From: an uncultured Bacilli bacterium
GTDB taxonomy: Bacteria; Bacillota_I; Bacilli_A; RF39; UBA660
Assembly (NCBI GenBank): GCA_934096125.1
Contig: CAKOLB010000004.1
Span: 55,117-119,116, forward strand
Reading direction: 5' to 3'
DNA: 64,000 bases
Position numbers and translations under genes: made by a program. A model generated the notes under the pieces. It searched no databases, had not been told where the DNA came from, and was given only the letters and a program-made list of their open reading frames with translations. Positions 1-10,499 of the stretch are shown in pieces. The stretch's first letter is position 1; every line of letters begins with the position of its first letter.

Positions 1-1
1 T

Positions 2-397
2 GTAAGTGATGAAGATGTTAAAATAGAAATACATCAAAAAATAAATGAAATTGATTCTTATGATAAATTATTGCAAGTAAAAGAAGAAATTGAAGACCGC
101 TTTGGTAAAATTGATGAAAATATGCTTGTGTATATGTATGAAGAATGGTTTGAAAAGCTTGCCTTAAAATATAACATTACGAATGTGGTACAAACTGATA
201 GATTAGTGGAAGTTACTTTGCCTGAGGAAATATCTGCAGGTATTAAAGGCGATAAACTTTTGTTTGATGCGATGAACTTATCAAAATCATTTAATATAAA
301 GTATCAAAATAAAAAAATAATTATTACTTTATATATTAAAAATTTAGAAAAACACTTTATCTTTTATTTAGTTAGTTTATTAGAAAAGACTTTGTAA
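2..397 (+). CDS. mfd: Transcription-repair coupling factor Mfd, C-terminal fragment (gene begins upstream of the window)
   Basis: The frame is open from position 2. The translation (DRFGKIDENML...LALKYNITNV...) resembles the Mfd C-terminal TRCF domain, and the next gene is spoVT as in B. subtilis mfd-spoVT. Confidence 0.55.
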   Translation, partial: VSDEDVKIEIHQKINEIDSYDKLLQVKEEIEDRFGKIDENMLVYMYEEWFEKLALKYNITNVVQTDRLVEVTLPEEISAGIKGDKLLFDAMNLSKSFNIKYQNKKIIITLYIKNLEKHFIFYLVSLLEKTL

Positions 398-434
398 GAA
401 TAACACTAAAACTTTTGGTTATACTAAGGGTGAA

Positions 435-923
435 GTGAGTGTGAAAGTTTTGAAGTCAACAGGTGTTACAAGAAAAATAGATGAGCTGGGAAGAATAGTG
501 GTTCCCAAAGAGATACGAAAAAATTTAGGGATAAGAGAAGGAGAAAGTTTAGAGATATATACAAGTGATGATGCTATAGTCTTAAAAAAACATTATGAGA
601 TATGGCAAAATCATGAAAATATTAAAAGAATAATTAATATAGCAGAGGATATGCTGGATCTGGAAGTTTTAGTAACGGATAGAGAAAAGATTATTTTAGG
701 AAGTTGTAAGAATACTAAACTTTCAGTAGAACTACTTTCTTATATAGATAATCGGGAGATGTATTTTGGGTATGTGGAAAGTCTTGGAGATATTTACACA
801 CTGGTGCCGATTATTTCGGAGTCATCTGCTTTAGGTTTAATTATGATAAAGGAAAATGTTGATAATAGTAAGATAGGAAAGTTTTTAGCAAGGCTTATCG
901 CTGATAAAATTGATATAACATAA
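435..923 (+). CDS. spoVT: AbrB/SpoVT-family transcriptional regulator (stage V sporulation protein T-like), GTG start
   Basis: The N-terminus carries the AbrB/SpoVT swapped-hairpin motif (GVTRKIDELGRIVVPKEIRKNLGI). It is ~160 aa with a C-terminal extension like SpoVT and follows mfd as in Bacillus. Confidence 0.7.
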   Translation: MSVKVLKSTGVTRKIDELGRIVVPKEIRKNLGIREGESLEIYTSDDAIVLKKHYEIWQNHENIKRIINIAEDMLDLEVLVTDREKIILGSCKNTKLSVELLSYIDNREMYFGYVESLGDIYTLVPIISESSALGLIMIKENVDNSKIGKFLARLIADKIDIT

Positions 924-1010
924 ATCTTAAGGATAAATTCTTTAAGATTTTTTTCATCTATTGATGAATACCTTAATTTGTGCTAGACTTAAGGTAAATT
1001 TGGGAGGTAT

Positions 1011-1479
1011 TATGCGCAAATTTGAAAAGATAAGTAAAGATGAGTTTCAGAAATATTTTAAAATAGAAGAGTATGAGGGTTTTAATCTTCCAAGAAGAGC
1101 GACGAAAAGTAGTGCTGGCTATGATTTTTTTGCTATTTCTGATTATGTGTTTCATCCAGGGGAAAAATTCCTTGTTCCAACTGGGTATAAAGTAAAAATG
1201 GAAAGTGATGAAATGCTTATGATTGTTATTCGAAGTAGTATGGCTATTAAGCGTAGTATTCGGGTAGTTAATCAAGTTGGAATTATTGAAAGTGATTATT
1301 ACAATAATGAAAGTAATGAAGGGCATATATTTGTGAGTTTAGAAAATTTTGGGGATGAAGATTTTGTATTAGAAAAAGGTGTGGCTTATGCGCAAGGAAT
1401 TTTTACGAAGTTTTTAGTGACTGATGATGATGTAGCTTTAAATAAGAGAACTGGTGGTATTGGAAGTACAACTAAATAA
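1011..1479 (+). CDS. dut: dUTP diphosphatase (dUTPase/dCTP deaminase superfamily); the true start is probably ATG 1011 inside the 961-1479 ORF
   Basis: Motifs SSAGYDFFA (AGYD box) and GIIESDYYNNE (dUTPase motif III-like). Confidence 0.55.
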
Positions 1480-1494
1480 AGAAAGGAAGAAAAA

Positions 1495-3012
1495 ATGAAA
1501 GAAAAATATTATATAACAACAGCGATTGCTTATACTTCAGGGAAACCTCATATTGGTAATACATATGAGATTGTTTTAGCAGATACAATTGCTAGATATA
1601 AAAGATTAATGGGGTATGATGTTTATTTTCAAACAGGTACTGATGAACATGGGGAAAAGATTGAAATTAAAGCAAAAGAACAAAATAAAACTCCTCAAGA
1701 TTTTGTTGATGATGTGTCAAAAGAGATTAAAAGTATTTGGGATGTTATGAATACAAGTTATGATAAATTTGTTAGAACAACTGATGAAGTTCATGAGAAA
1801 AAAGTTCAAGCTATATTTAAGAAAATGTATGATAATGGGGATATATATAAAGGAGAGTATACGGGAAAATATTGTATTCCTTGTGAATCCTTTTGGACTG
1901 ATACTCAGCTTGTGGATGGTAAATGTCCAGATTGTGGTAGAGATGTTGTTAGTAAAGGAGAAGAGGCTTACTTCTTTAGATTATCTAAATATCAAAAAAG
2001 ACTGGAAGATTATATTCTAAGTCATCCAGATTTTATTAAGCCAGAGTCTCGAAAAAATGAAATGCTTAATAATTTTATTCGTCCAGGTTTACAAGATTTA
2101 TGTGTGTCTAGAACTAGTTTTAAATGGGGAATTCCGGTGACATTTGATGATAAGCATATTGTTTATGTGTGGCTAGATGCACTTACTAACTATATTACGA
2201 ATATTGGTTATGATACAGAAAATCCATCTTCTGAATTTAATTATTGGTGGCCGGCTGATTTACATTTAGTTGGCAAAGATATTGTTCGCTTTCACACTAT
2301 TTACTGGCCATGCTTTTTGATGAGTCTTGGTTTAGATTTGCCTAAACAAGTATTTGGTCATCCATGGCTGATTGTGGAAGGTGGCAAGATGAGTAAGAGT
2401 CTTGGTAATGTGGTTTATGCCGATGATTTAGTGGCAAAATACGGTGTAGATGCAGTTAGATATTATTTTTTACATGAAATTCCATATGCATCTGATGGCT
2501 TGTTTACTGAAAAACTACTCGTAGAGAGAATTAACAGTGACCTTGTAAATGTTCTGGGAAATTTAGTAAATAGAACGATTACTATGGCTTATAAATATTT
2601 TGATGGTGTTATTGATTGTAAGCGAGAAAGTGAAGAAATAGATAAGGATTTTGAAAAAGTAATTGATACACTAAATGAAAATGTGGCTAAAAAAATGGAT
2701 GAATTAATGGTTGGAGATGCTTTAGAAGAAATATTTAAAGTATATAAAAGATGTAATAAATATATAGATGAAGCTATGCCTTGGGTACTTGCGAAAGATG
2801 AAGAGAAAAAGAATAGATTAGCAACAGTTCTTTACAACTTACTTGAGGGAATTAGAAAGGCAACCGTTTTATTACAAGCCTTTTTGCCTGAGACTGCTAA
2901 AAAAGTTTTAGATGCTTTAAATACAAAACAAAGAAGTGTACGTGATGAAGCATTATTATTGCCAGTTACTTTACAAAAATTAGATCATTTATTTGAAAGG
3001 ATAGATGAGTAA
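1495..3012 (+). CDS. metG: Methionyl-tRNA synthetase (short form without C-terminal tRNA-binding domain)
   Basis: Class I aaRS motifs: HIGN (HIGH variant) at the N-terminus and KMSKS present. Zinc knuckle CPDCG. 505 aa. Confidence 0.95.
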   Translation: MKEKYYITTAIAYTSGKPHIGNTYEIVLADTIARYKRLMGYDVYFQTGTDEHGEKIEIKAKEQNKTPQDFVDDVSKEIKSIWDVMNTSYDKFVRTTDEVHEKKVQAIFKKMYDNGDIYKGEYTGKYCIPCESFWTDTQLVDGKCPDCGRDVVSKGEEAYFFRLSKYQKRLEDYILSHPDFIKPESRKNEMLNNFIRPGLQDLCVSRTSFKWGIPVTFDDKHIVYVWLDALTNYITNIGYDTENPSSEFNYWWPADLHLVGKDIVRFHTIYWPCFLMSLGLDLPKQVFGHPWLIVEGGKMSKSLGNVVYADDLVAKYGVDAVRYYFLHEIPYASDGLFTEKLLVERINSDLVNVLGNLVNRTITMAYKYFDGVIDCKRESEEIDKDFEKVIDTLNENVAKKMDELMVGDALEEIFKVYKRCNKYIDEAMPWVLAKDEEKKNRLATVLYNLLEGIRKATVLLQAFLPETAKKVLDALNTKQRSVRDEALLLPVTLQKLDHLFERIDE

Positions 3013-3805
3013 ATTGAAACCTTTTTTAATAGATTCTCATTGTCATTTGTTTAGTGATGATTACAGTGATTTAACCAAAGTAATTAAAGAAGCAAGGGAA
3101 GAACGGGTAAAATATTTTCTTAATAATGGGAGTAATAAAAAATATAATGAAGAGCTTATAAAGATGCTTTCAAATTATCCAAATATGGTTGGAGCTCTTG
3201 GTATTCATCCGGAGAGTGTGGAAGACGCAGGAGATGAAGATTTAGATTTTATTGAAAGAAATTTAGGTTATGAAAAGATTGTTGCTATTGGAGAGATTGG
3301 ACTTGATTACTATTATGGTAAAGCGAGTAAAGAGGCGCAAATTAAATTTTTGGAAAAACAACTAAAAATGGCCGAGAAATATGAGATGCCGGTTGTTATT
3401 CATAGTAGAGAGGCAACGCAGGATACTATTAGTCTTTTGCAAAAATATAATGTGAAAGGTGTTATCCACTGTTTTTCTGGAAGTTATGAAACGGCCAAAA
3501 TTTATATAAAAATGGGGTATAAACTGGGAGTTAATGGTGTTATTACTTTTAAAAATGCCAATATAAAAGAGGTAATAAAGAAAGTGGGTCTTGAAAATAT
3601 AGTTTTAGAAACTGATAGTCCCTATCTTACACCAGAGCCTTACCGTGGGAGACAAAATTGTCCCAAGCATGTGCTGGAAGTGGCAAAATTTGTCGCTGAT
3701 TTATTTGATACTACACTAGAAGAAGTAATGAAAGTTACGACAAATAATGTCTTAAATACTTTTTCAAAATTTGCAAAAATTGTAAGTTGCGATGAAAATG
3801 ATTAG
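3005..3805 (+). CDS. tatD: TatD-family metal-dependent DNase/hydrolase (YabD)
   Basis: HCH metal-binding start (IDSHCHL) and TatD-like length. It overlaps metG by 8 nt, matching metS-yabD synteny. Confidence 0.9.
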   Translation: MSKLKPFLIDSHCHLFSDDYSDLTKVIKEAREERVKYFLNNGSNKKYNEELIKMLSNYPNMVGALGIHPESVEDAGDEDLDFIERNLGYEKIVAIGEIGLDYYYGKASKEAQIKFLEKQLKMAEKYEMPVVIHSREATQDTISLLQKYNVKGVIHCFSGSYETAKIYIKMGYKLGVNGVITFKNANIKEVIKKVGLENIVLETDSPYLTPEPYRGRQNCPKHVLEVAKFVADLFDTTLEEVMKVTTNNVLNTFSKFAKIVSCDEND

Positions 3806-3842
3806 ATGATATAATATTTTGGCCTGGTGAGGAGGGCAATAG

Positions 3843-4367
3843 ATGAGAATTGTTAATTATTTTTTGAGGGTGTTTTTAATGATTGGTGTTTTGTTTTTAG
3901 CAGAAAGCAGTACGAATAATCATATGAAAATAGCCATAAATGAGAATGTTAATAAAACAATAAATGTTGATGCGATGTCAATGAAAGTATTGGAAGTTAC
4001 CGAGAGTTTGAAGTTTAGAGCCATAGATTCTTATACGGGTGATATGACTGGCTATGCGGCGAATTGTCCGAAGTGCAGCGGCAAGCTTTCATGTCTTCCT
4101 AGTTTGGATGTAACTGGGGGAAAAAATACTTATGAAGATGCGACTTATGGTAAAGTTAATATAGTTGCAGCGAGTAAAAATTTAGCGTGTGGCTCTATTG
4201 TTAGTTTTTATAATGATAGAATATCAAATGAAAAGATAGTAGCAATAGTACTAGATAGAGGAGTATATGCTAATACCTTAGACTTTTTAGCTCCGAGTGA
4301 AGCTTATGCTAGCAATTATATAGGCCGCAGAAGTATTACTTATGATGTGTTAAGAGTTGGGTGGTAA
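3843..4367 (+). CDS. 3D-domain protein (YabE/MltA-like cell-wall binding protein)
   Basis: N-terminal TM or signal peptide and a C-terminal 3D-domain-like region (GKVNIVAASKNLACGSIVS...VLDRG). Its position between tatD and ksgA matches B. subtilis yabE. Confidence 0.6.
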   Translation: MRIVNYFLRVFLMIGVLFLAESSTNNHMKIAINENVNKTINVDAMSMKVLEVTESLKFRAIDSYTGDMTGYAANCPKCSGKLSCLPSLDVTGGKNTYEDATYGKVNIVAASKNLACGSIVSFYNDRISNEKIVAIVLDRGVYANTLDFLAPSEAYASNYIGRRSITYDVLRVGW

Positions 4368-4368
4368 G

Positions 4369-5154
4369 ATGCGAGCAAAAAAAAGACTAGGGCAAAACTT
4401 TTTGATAAGTAAGGAAATAATTAAAAAAATAATGTTAGAAGTTGAAGCTTTAGAAGATGATTTAATTATTGAAATTGGTCCAGGGATGGGAGCATTAACA
4501 AAAGCTATGAAGAAAAAAAATGCCCATTTAATAGCTTATGAACTGGATACTGATTTAAAGCAAGTCTTAAGTCCTTTAGAAGATGAGAAAACAAAAGTTA
4601 TATATAAAGACTTTTTGCAAAGTGATGTTAGAAGTGATATAAAAAATATGAAGTATAATAATATTTATATTGTTGGTAATTTACCATATTATATTACTAC
4701 TCCGATAATAGAACATATAATATCTTTGAATTTAGATTTAAAAAGACTTACAATTATGGTGCAAAGGGAAGTAGCTGAGAGATTTTTAGCAAAGCCTGGT
4801 TCAAAAAGTTATGGTTATATCACATTGTTTTTAAGATATTATTTTTCGGCTTATAAAGTATGTGATGTAAGTAGTAAATGTTTTAGCCCAGAGCCAAAGG
4901 TGCAAAGTGCTGTGGTAAGTTTTGAGCCAAGGAAGCAAAAATTAGAGCTGGATGATGGTTATTTTAAATTTTTGAAAGTAATATTTAAACAGAAGAGAAA
5001 AAATATTCGAAATAATTTAAAAGGTATTTATGAAGAAGATGTTTTAAAGGAAAAACTTGAGAAGATGAATTTGGATATGCAAGTAAGAGCAGAAGAATTA
5101 AGTGAAGAGCAAATAATAATGTTATATAAAGAGTTAACCAAGAAGAGGGGTTAG
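4369..5154 (+). CDS. rsmA: 16S rRNA (adenine1518/1519-N6)-dimethyltransferase RsmA/KsgA
   Basis: KRLGQNFL N-terminal motif, SAM-binding GPGMGALT and NLPY motif. ATG 4369 is preceded by a GGTGG RBS. Confidence 0.9.
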   Translation: MRAKKRLGQNFLISKEIIKKIMLEVEALEDDLIIEIGPGMGALTKAMKKKNAHLIAYELDTDLKQVLSPLEDEKTKVIYKDFLQSDVRSDIKNMKYNNIYIVGNLPYYITTPIIEHIISLNLDLKRLTIMVQREVAERFLAKPGSKSYGYITLFLRYYFSAYKVCDVSSKCFSPEPKVQSAVVSFEPRKQKLELDDGYFKFLKVIFKQKRKNIRNNLKGIYEEDVLKEKLEKMNLDMQVRAEELSEEQIIMLYKELTKKRG

Positions 5155-5208
5155 CTTTTTTTGAATAAATTACTTTGATAAATAATATAATTAAATGGTG
5201 ATTATATT

Positions 5209-5985
5209 TTGGATATAAAAAAAGGGGATTATGTAACTAGAAATAGTTATAATAATGATACTGTTTTTAAAGTTATAAATGTTAAAGATAATATGGTTTA
5301 TTTAAAAGGGGTAGAGGTTCGTTTAGTAGCCGATGCTTTAGTTACGGACTTAAGAAAAGAAGAAAATGTTAGTCAAGATAACTTAATAGATGAAATAAAA
5401 GTGCAAGAAGATCTTTTGGTGCGAGGGGAGTATTTTTATTTGCCGGCGAAAGTTCTTCATATTGATGCGGATGAGGAGTACTTGAGAAGATGTTTGAAGT
5501 TTTATAAGAAAAATGGGATTTTTGCTATTGGCAAGAAAATAAATGAGAAAAATATTTATGAGCAGTTACTCATGCTTTTAAGGGAATATAAACCCGATAT
5601 TGTTGTGATTACAGGACATGATGCTTATTATAAGAAAAAAGGAAATATTAATGATTTAAAAAATTATAAAAATTCAGCGTATTTTGTTAAAGCAGTGAAA
5701 GTAGCTAGAAATTATGAAAAAAGTCATGAAAAGCTTGTAATTATTGCTGGGGCTTGTCAAAGTGATTATGAAGAGTTAATTAAAGCTGGAGCAAATTTTG
5801 CCTCTAGTCCCAAAAGAATTAATATTCATGCATTAGACCCAGCGATTATTGCGAGTACTATATCACTTACGGAAAGAAGTAGGGAAATAGATTTAAAGAA
5901 ACTTTTAGATAAAACGAAATATAAAGAAGAAGGTATGGGGGGAATTATTTGTAATGGACTTATGTATGTGGGGTATCCAAGATGA
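5209..5985 (+). CDS. yabG: Sporulation-specific protease YabG (TTG start)
   Basis: The conserved YabG core (ITGHDAYYKKKG...AGACQS) is present. The gene sits between ksgA and veg as in Bacillus. Confidence 0.8.
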   Translation: MDIKKGDYVTRNSYNNDTVFKVINVKDNMVYLKGVEVRLVADALVTDLRKEENVSQDNLIDEIKVQEDLLVRGEYFYLPAKVLHIDADEEYLRRCLKFYKKNGIFAIGKKINEKNIYEQLLMLLREYKPDIVVITGHDAYYKKKGNINDLKNYKNSAYFVKAVKVARNYEKSHEKLVIIAGACQSDYEELIKAGANFASSPKRINIHALDPAIIASTISLTERSREIDLKKLLDKTKYKEEGMGGIICNGLMYVGYPR

Positions 5986-6191
5986 ATATTAATATAATAA
6001 GAGATCATATCAAAAAACTTTTAAATAAGAAAGTAATGCTCTCTGTTTATGGGATGCGTAACAGAGTAACAAGATATGAAGGAATTGTTTATAAAATGTA
6101 TCCTAATATCTTTACGTTACTAATAAATGGAGAAGAGAAGAGTTTTTGTTATAGAGATGTTGCAACAGGAGATATAAAAATAAATGTATAA
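5982..6191 (+). CDS. veg: Veg (biofilm/sporulation-associated small protein)
   Basis: Translation matches the Veg family (IKKLLNKKVMLSVYGMRNRVTRYEGIV...YPNIFTL). It overlaps the yabG stop. Confidence 0.8.
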   Translation: MNINIIRDHIKKLLNKKVMLSVYGMRNRVTRYEGIVYKMYPNIFTLLINGEEKSFCYRDVATGDIKINV

Positions 6192-6216
6192 TAAAAAAAA
6201 TAAAACATATAATTAA

Positions 6217-6507
6217 ATGGTGATAAAAATGGATGGAACGGTTTATGGTAATCAAGAAGTAAAAATGATTGATAGAAGTAATATTTCAATATCAGGAGTT
6301 AAAAAAATTGTTAGTTTTGATGATCAAGAGTTTTTGATGGAAACTAATATGGGAAATATGCGGATACTTGGAAATACTTTAGAGCTTTTGAAACTTGATA
6401 CTCAGGATGGAAATGTAAAGATTAAGGGGAAGATTAACTCCTTTATGTATGTAGATGGAAAGGGAAAAAATAAAGAAGATAGTTTGATGAGTAAGTTATT
6501 TAAATGA
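6217..6507 (+). CDS. yabP: Sporulation protein YabP
   Basis: YabP family pattern (ISGVKKIVSFDDQEFLMETNMGNMRILGNTLEL). It overlaps yabQ. Confidence 0.8.
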   Translation: MVIKMDGTVYGNQEVKMIDRSNISISGVKKIVSFDDQEFLMETNMGNMRILGNTLELLKLDTQDGNVKIKGKINSFMYVDGKGKNKEDSLMSKLFK

Positions 6508-6803
6508 GTAGTTCCCTGCAACTTGTAAGTTTTCTTTTTTCTTTTCTATTTGGAGTAGTATTTAGTTTTTTAACAAGTGTTAATAATTATGTTTTGCAGG
6601 ATAAATCAAAAATTGTGAAGTGCTTTATAACCGGGGTATTTGTTCTTGATATAGTACTTTTGTATGTTTATATGATGTATAAAATAAATATGGGAATTTT
6701 ACATATATACTTTATAATGGTATTGGTATTAGGTTATATTGGGGCGGTTAAGTGTCAAACTTGTGTCAAAAGAAAAATTAAACTATTTAAAAAGACAAAA
6801 TAA
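6504..6803 (+). CDS. yabQ: Spore cortex biosynthesis membrane protein YabQ
   Basis: Small polytopic membrane protein immediately after yabP with an overlapping stop and start. Confidence 0.65.
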   Translation: MSSSLQLVSFLFSFLFGVVFSFLTSVNNYVLQDKSKIVKCFITGVFVLDIVLLYVYMMYKINMGILHIYFIMVLVLGYIGAVKCQTCVKRKIKLFKKTK

Positions 6804-6849
6804 GTTGTCTTTTTTTGATATACTAATTAAAGATTTGATGGGGTGGAAA

Positions 6850-7134
6850 ATGAAAAAAACAAGGAAAGAGAAGAAGAGACTTATTACGATTAGCTTGATT
6901 ATTATGTTTATGCTTGTGTCTTTGGTAACTTCTGTTGCTAGTGACTGGACTAAAATTTTAGAAAATAAAAGTAAGATAGAGTCTTTAAATGTCAAGTATA
7001 ATACTTTGCTAAGTGATGAAGAGAAGCTTGTTAGTGAAGTAACTAAACTTCAAGATACTGATTATATAGCAAGATATGCTAAAGAAAAGTATATGTATTC
7101 AGCAGATGGTGAAACAATTATTAGAATGGACTAA
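6850..7134 (+). CDS. divIC: Septum formation initiator DivIC/FtsB; the likely start is ATG 6850 (or 6838) inside the 6739-7134 ORF
   Basis: Basic N-terminus, single TM ([16 protein letters not shown]), then a coiled coil. GGGGTGG RBS before ATG 6850. It follows yabP-yabQ as in Bacillus. Confidence 0.7.
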   Translation: MKKTRKEKKRLITISLIIMFMLVSLVTSVASDWTKILENKSKIESLNVKYNTLLSDEEKLVSEVTKLQDTDYIARYAKEKYMYSADGETIIRMD

Positions 7135-7709
7135 ATAATATTTTTCTTAAGTATTTCATCAATTAATCCATACTCGAGGGCTTCATCAGCGCTTAGAAAG
7201 TTATCTCTTTCGGTATCATTATAGATTTTTTCCACAGACTTTCCAGTGTTTTGAGCTAGTATTTGATTTAATTTTTCTTTAAGTTTAATAATTCTTTCAG
7301 CGGCAATTTTGATATCACTTGCCCGCCCACTTGCACCACCTAGAGGTTGGTGAATCATGACTTCAGTATTTGGTAAAGCATATCTTTTATCGCCACTTGA
7401 AAGTAAAAAGGCTCCCATACTTGCACAAAGACCAAGGCCAATGGTTATTATTTTGCTTTCAGTATACTTCATAGTATCGTAAATAGCCATACCAGCGGTG
7501 ATAGCTCCTCCAGGGCTGTTGATATAAAGGTAAATATCATCATGACTTAGGTTATCAAGATAAAGAAGCTGACCGATGATATTACTTGCCAAATTATCCT
7601 CAATTTCACCACTTAAAAAAATAATTCGGTCCTTTAAAAGACGAGAGTATAAGTCAAAGGCATACTCTTTATTGCTAGTTTTTTCAATTACTGTAGGTAT
7701 TATGTTCAT
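7131..7709 (-). CDS. clpP: ATP-dependent Clp protease proteolytic subunit ClpP
   Basis: Catalytic triad context [11 protein letters not shown] (Ser) and MIHQPLGG (His). 192 aa. Confidence 0.95.
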   Translation of the reverse strand: MNIIPTVIEKTSNKEYAFDLYSRLLKDRIIFLSGEIEDNLASNIIGQLLYLDNLSHDDIYLYINSPGGAITAGMAIYDTMKYTESKIITIGLGLCASMGAFLLSSGDKRYALPNTEVMIHQPLGGASGRASDIKIAAERIIKLKEKLNQILAQNTGKSVEKIYNDTERDNFLSADEALEYGLIDEILKKNII

Positions 7710-7813
7710 ATTTTTGTCTCCTTATAAGTAAATAATAGTAAATATATTTAAATTTTATTCACAAGAACTAAAAAAATTGATATAATTGTTATTAAGAATA
7801 GAGGGAGATAATA

Positions 7814-9457
7814 GTGAGCTATTTTGAAGTTGAATTTGATGGTGTGAAACATAAATATCCTCAAGGTACTTTGTTTTATGAAGTATCTAAGGCTTCTAAA
7901 AAAGAAAATATAATGGCTTATAAAATAGGTAATGAAGTGTTTTCTTTAGATGAAAAAGTAAATAAAAATGTTAAGATAGAGTTTATAAATACGGATGATA
8001 TAATTGGTAATAAGATATATAAAGCAGGACTTAAGTTTTTGTTTGAAGTGGCTCTTTTGGAGTGTTTTCCAAATTTAGAAGTTACTTATGAACATAGTGT
8101 GCCAAGAGGAATGCTTGCTCATGTATCAGGAGATAAAGTTTTAACCCAAGATGATATTTCAGTAATTAAGGGAAAGATGAGTGAGATAATATATAATAAT
8201 GATAAAATTATAAAGCTTAATATTTTGCCGAAAGAGGCGATTAATTATTTTTATCATCATTCTTTGTATGAAAAGGCGGAAAATATCCAAAATATAAGTG
8301 ATAGGGTTGTTAATTTTTATAGTTTGCGGAAAAGACTTAATTATTTTTATTCACTTATGCCTTATAATACTGGTGCTCTTAATAAGTTTGAAATAGTATA
8401 TTTAGGAAAAAATAAGTTAATATTTTTGTTCCCAACTGTTAAAAGTCATGGAAAAGTGCCAGAGTATGTGCATTATGCTAGTATCTTAGAAAGCTTTTGG
8501 GAAGGTAAAAAATGGCTTAATCAAATGCATATTCCTTATGTTTCCGATTTAAATAAATTAGTTGGTAATGGAAAGATTAAAGATTTTATTACTTCTTCTG
8601 AGCTTAAGTTTAACTTAAACATTTCCAAAGTGGTAAAGGATGTGCAAGCAAGAAAAGATATTAAGTTCATTTTGATTGCGGGTCCATCATCTTCAGGAAA
8701 GACAACGACGACCTCAAGAATTGCGAATTATTTTGCGGCTGAAGGGTATGATACAATTAAAATAAGTTTGGATGATTATTTTCTAGACCGAGAAAAAAGT
8801 CCAAAGGATGAAAATGGTAAGTATAATTTTGAATGTTTAGAAGCTTTGGATGTTTCCCTTTTTAATCAAGATTTAAATGATTTACTTATGGGTAAGGAAG
8901 TGTTGCTTCCAAAGTATAATTTTTTAACAGGGAAAGGTGAAAAGGGAAAAGAAAAAATTTCTTTAAAAGAAAATAGTATTGTTCTAATTGAAGGACTTCA
9001 TGCTTTAAATGAAGAACTTACGAAGTCTATTGCATCAACATATAAGTACAAAGTGTATTTAAGTCCATTTATTCCTCTTAGTATCGATAGACATAACTAT
9101 ATATCAACTCTAGATATGCGGCTTTTAAGAAGAATGGTTCGTGATAATAGAACAAGAGGTTATGAAGTTACAGCGACAATTGATAGTTGGCAGAGCGTTC
9201 GAAGTGGAGAAGAAAAATATATTTTTCCATATATTCATGAGGCTGATACAATTGTTAATACGGCGCTTCCCTATGAAATTGGGGTGCTGAAAGTTTATGT
9301 GCTTCCTCTTTTGTTATCAGTTGATGTAAATTCTATTTATTATGAAGAGGCAAGAAGATTAGTGGATTTCTTAAAACAGTTTTTTCCTATTCCAGGAGAA
9401 TATGTTAATGATGAATCAATATTACGCGAGTTTATAGGAGGTAAATATAATGATTAA
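7814..9457 (+). CDS. Uridine/nucleoside kinase-family protein with N-terminal ThrRS-like TGS and second-additional domains
   Basis: P-loop GPSSSGKTTTTSRIA and a uridine-kinase-like C-terminal half. The N-terminal ~250 aa resemble the ThrRS N-terminal domains. GTG start. Confidence 0.7.
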   Translation: MSYFEVEFDGVKHKYPQGTLFYEVSKASKKENIMAYKIGNEVFSLDEKVNKNVKIEFINTDDIIGNKIYKAGLKFLFEVALLECFPNLEVTYEHSVPRGMLAHVSGDKVLTQDDISVIKGKMSEIIYNNDKIIKLNILPKEAINYFYHHSLYEKAENIQNISDRVVNFYSLRKRLNYFYSLMPYNTGALNKFEIVYLGKNKLIFLFPTVKSHGKVPEYVHYASILESFWEGKKWLNQMHIPYVSDLNKLVGNGKIKDFITSSELKFNLNISKVVKDVQARKDIKFILIAGPSSSGKTTTTSRIANYFAAEGYDTIKISLDDYFLDREKSPKDENGKYNFECLEALDVSLFNQDLNDLLMGKEVLLPKYNFLTGKGEKGKEKISLKENSIVLIEGLHALNEELTKSIASTYKYKVYLSPFIPLSIDRHNYISTLDMRLLRRMVRDNRTRGYEVTATIDSWQSVRSGEEKYIFPYIHEADTIVNTALPYEIGVLKVYVLPLLLSVDVNSIYYEEARRLVDFLKQFFPIPGEYVNDESILREFIGGKYND

Positions 9458-10454
9458 AGTTGCGATTAATGGTTTTGGGAGAATTGGGAGGTTAGCTTTT
9501 AGACAAATAGTTACACAAACAGATTTTGATATTGTAGCTATTAATGACTTAACTAGTGCTGAAGATTTAGCATATTTAGTTAAGTATGATACTGTTCATG
9601 GCTCTTTTCATGAAGATGAAATTACTTTTGATGGTAATGAAATAGTTGTAGCAGGAAAGAAAAGAATTAAAGTTTATAGTGAAACTGACCCTTTTAATTT
9701 ACCATGGGGTGAATTAGGTGTAGATTTAGTTCTTGAATGTACTGGTAAGTTTACATCAAGAGAAGGGGCAATGAAACATATTACATCTGGCGCAAAAAAG
9801 GTACTTATTTCTGCACCTTGTAAAGATGAGGTAAAAACTATTGTTTATGGTGTTAATGATAATATTTTAACTAGTGATGATATTATTGTTTCTGGGGCAA
9901 GTTGTACTACCAATTGTTTGGCACCAGTTTTATATGTTTTAAATAAAAATATTGGAATTAAAAAAGGTTTTATGACTACTGTTCATGCTTATACAAATGA
10001 CCAAGCTACTTTGGATATTGCTCATAAAAAAGGTATTAAAGCTAGAAGAGGTAGAGCATGTGCGCAAAATATTGTTCCAGCATCTACTGGAGCAGCAAAA
10101 GCAATTGGGCATGTTATTCCTGAACTTAATGGAAAACTTGATGGAATGGCAATGCGAGTTCCAACTGCAGATGGTTCTTTAATTGATGTAACTTTGGAAC
10201 TAGCTCGAAAGACAACTATAGAAGAAGTTAATAATTTGTTTAAAAATAATCAAAGTGTTGTTCTTAAGTACACAGAAGACCCAATTGTTTCAAGCGATTG
10301 TCTTGGTAAAAAATTTGGGGCTATAGTTGATGGACTTTCAACTAATATAATTGAGTCAGATGACACACAACTTGTTAAAGTACTTGCTTGGTATGATAAT
10401 GAATATGGGTATACAGCACAAATGCTTAGAACTGCAAAAAAAATGTTTGAATAG
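9450..10454 (+). CDS. gap: Glyceraldehyde-3-phosphate dehydrogenase
   Basis: NGFGRIGR NAD-binding motif, catalytic ASCTTNCLAP, and WYDNEYGY at the C-terminus. Confidence 0.95.
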   Translation: MIKVAINGFGRIGRLAFRQIVTQTDFDIVAINDLTSAEDLAYLVKYDTVHGSFHEDEITFDGNEIVVAGKKRIKVYSETDPFNLPWGELGVDLVLECTGKFTSREGAMKHITSGAKKVLISAPCKDEVKTIVYGVNDNILTSDDIIVSGASCTTNCLAPVLYVLNKNIGIKKGFMTTVHAYTNDQATLDIAHKKGIKARRGRACAQNIVPASTGAAKAIGHVIPELNGKLDGMAMRVPTADGSLIDVTLELARKTTIEEVNNLFKNNQSVVLKYTEDPIVSSDCLGKKFGAIVDGLSTNIIESDDTQLVKVLAWYDNEYGYTAQMLRTAKKMFE

Positions 10455-10499
10455 AGTCTTATGACTTTTTTTGCTAGTTATAAATAATTTTGATTGATT

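Noticed and set aside
973-1326. Minus-strand 117-aa ORF antisense to dut
   Set aside because: It is low-complexity and entirely antisense to a motif-supported gene, so it is a spurious AT-rich ORF.
1480-1494. T-box or S-box leader upstream of metG
   Set aside because: The intergenic gap is only 15 bp. metG is co-transcribed with dut, and there is no room for a leader RNA.
1760-2020. Plus-strand 86-aa ORF inside metG in another frame
   Set aside because: It is embedded in a well-supported aaRS gene.
5826-6008. Minus-strand ORF overlapping yabG and veg
   Set aside because: It is antisense to conserved genes and has no coding signal.
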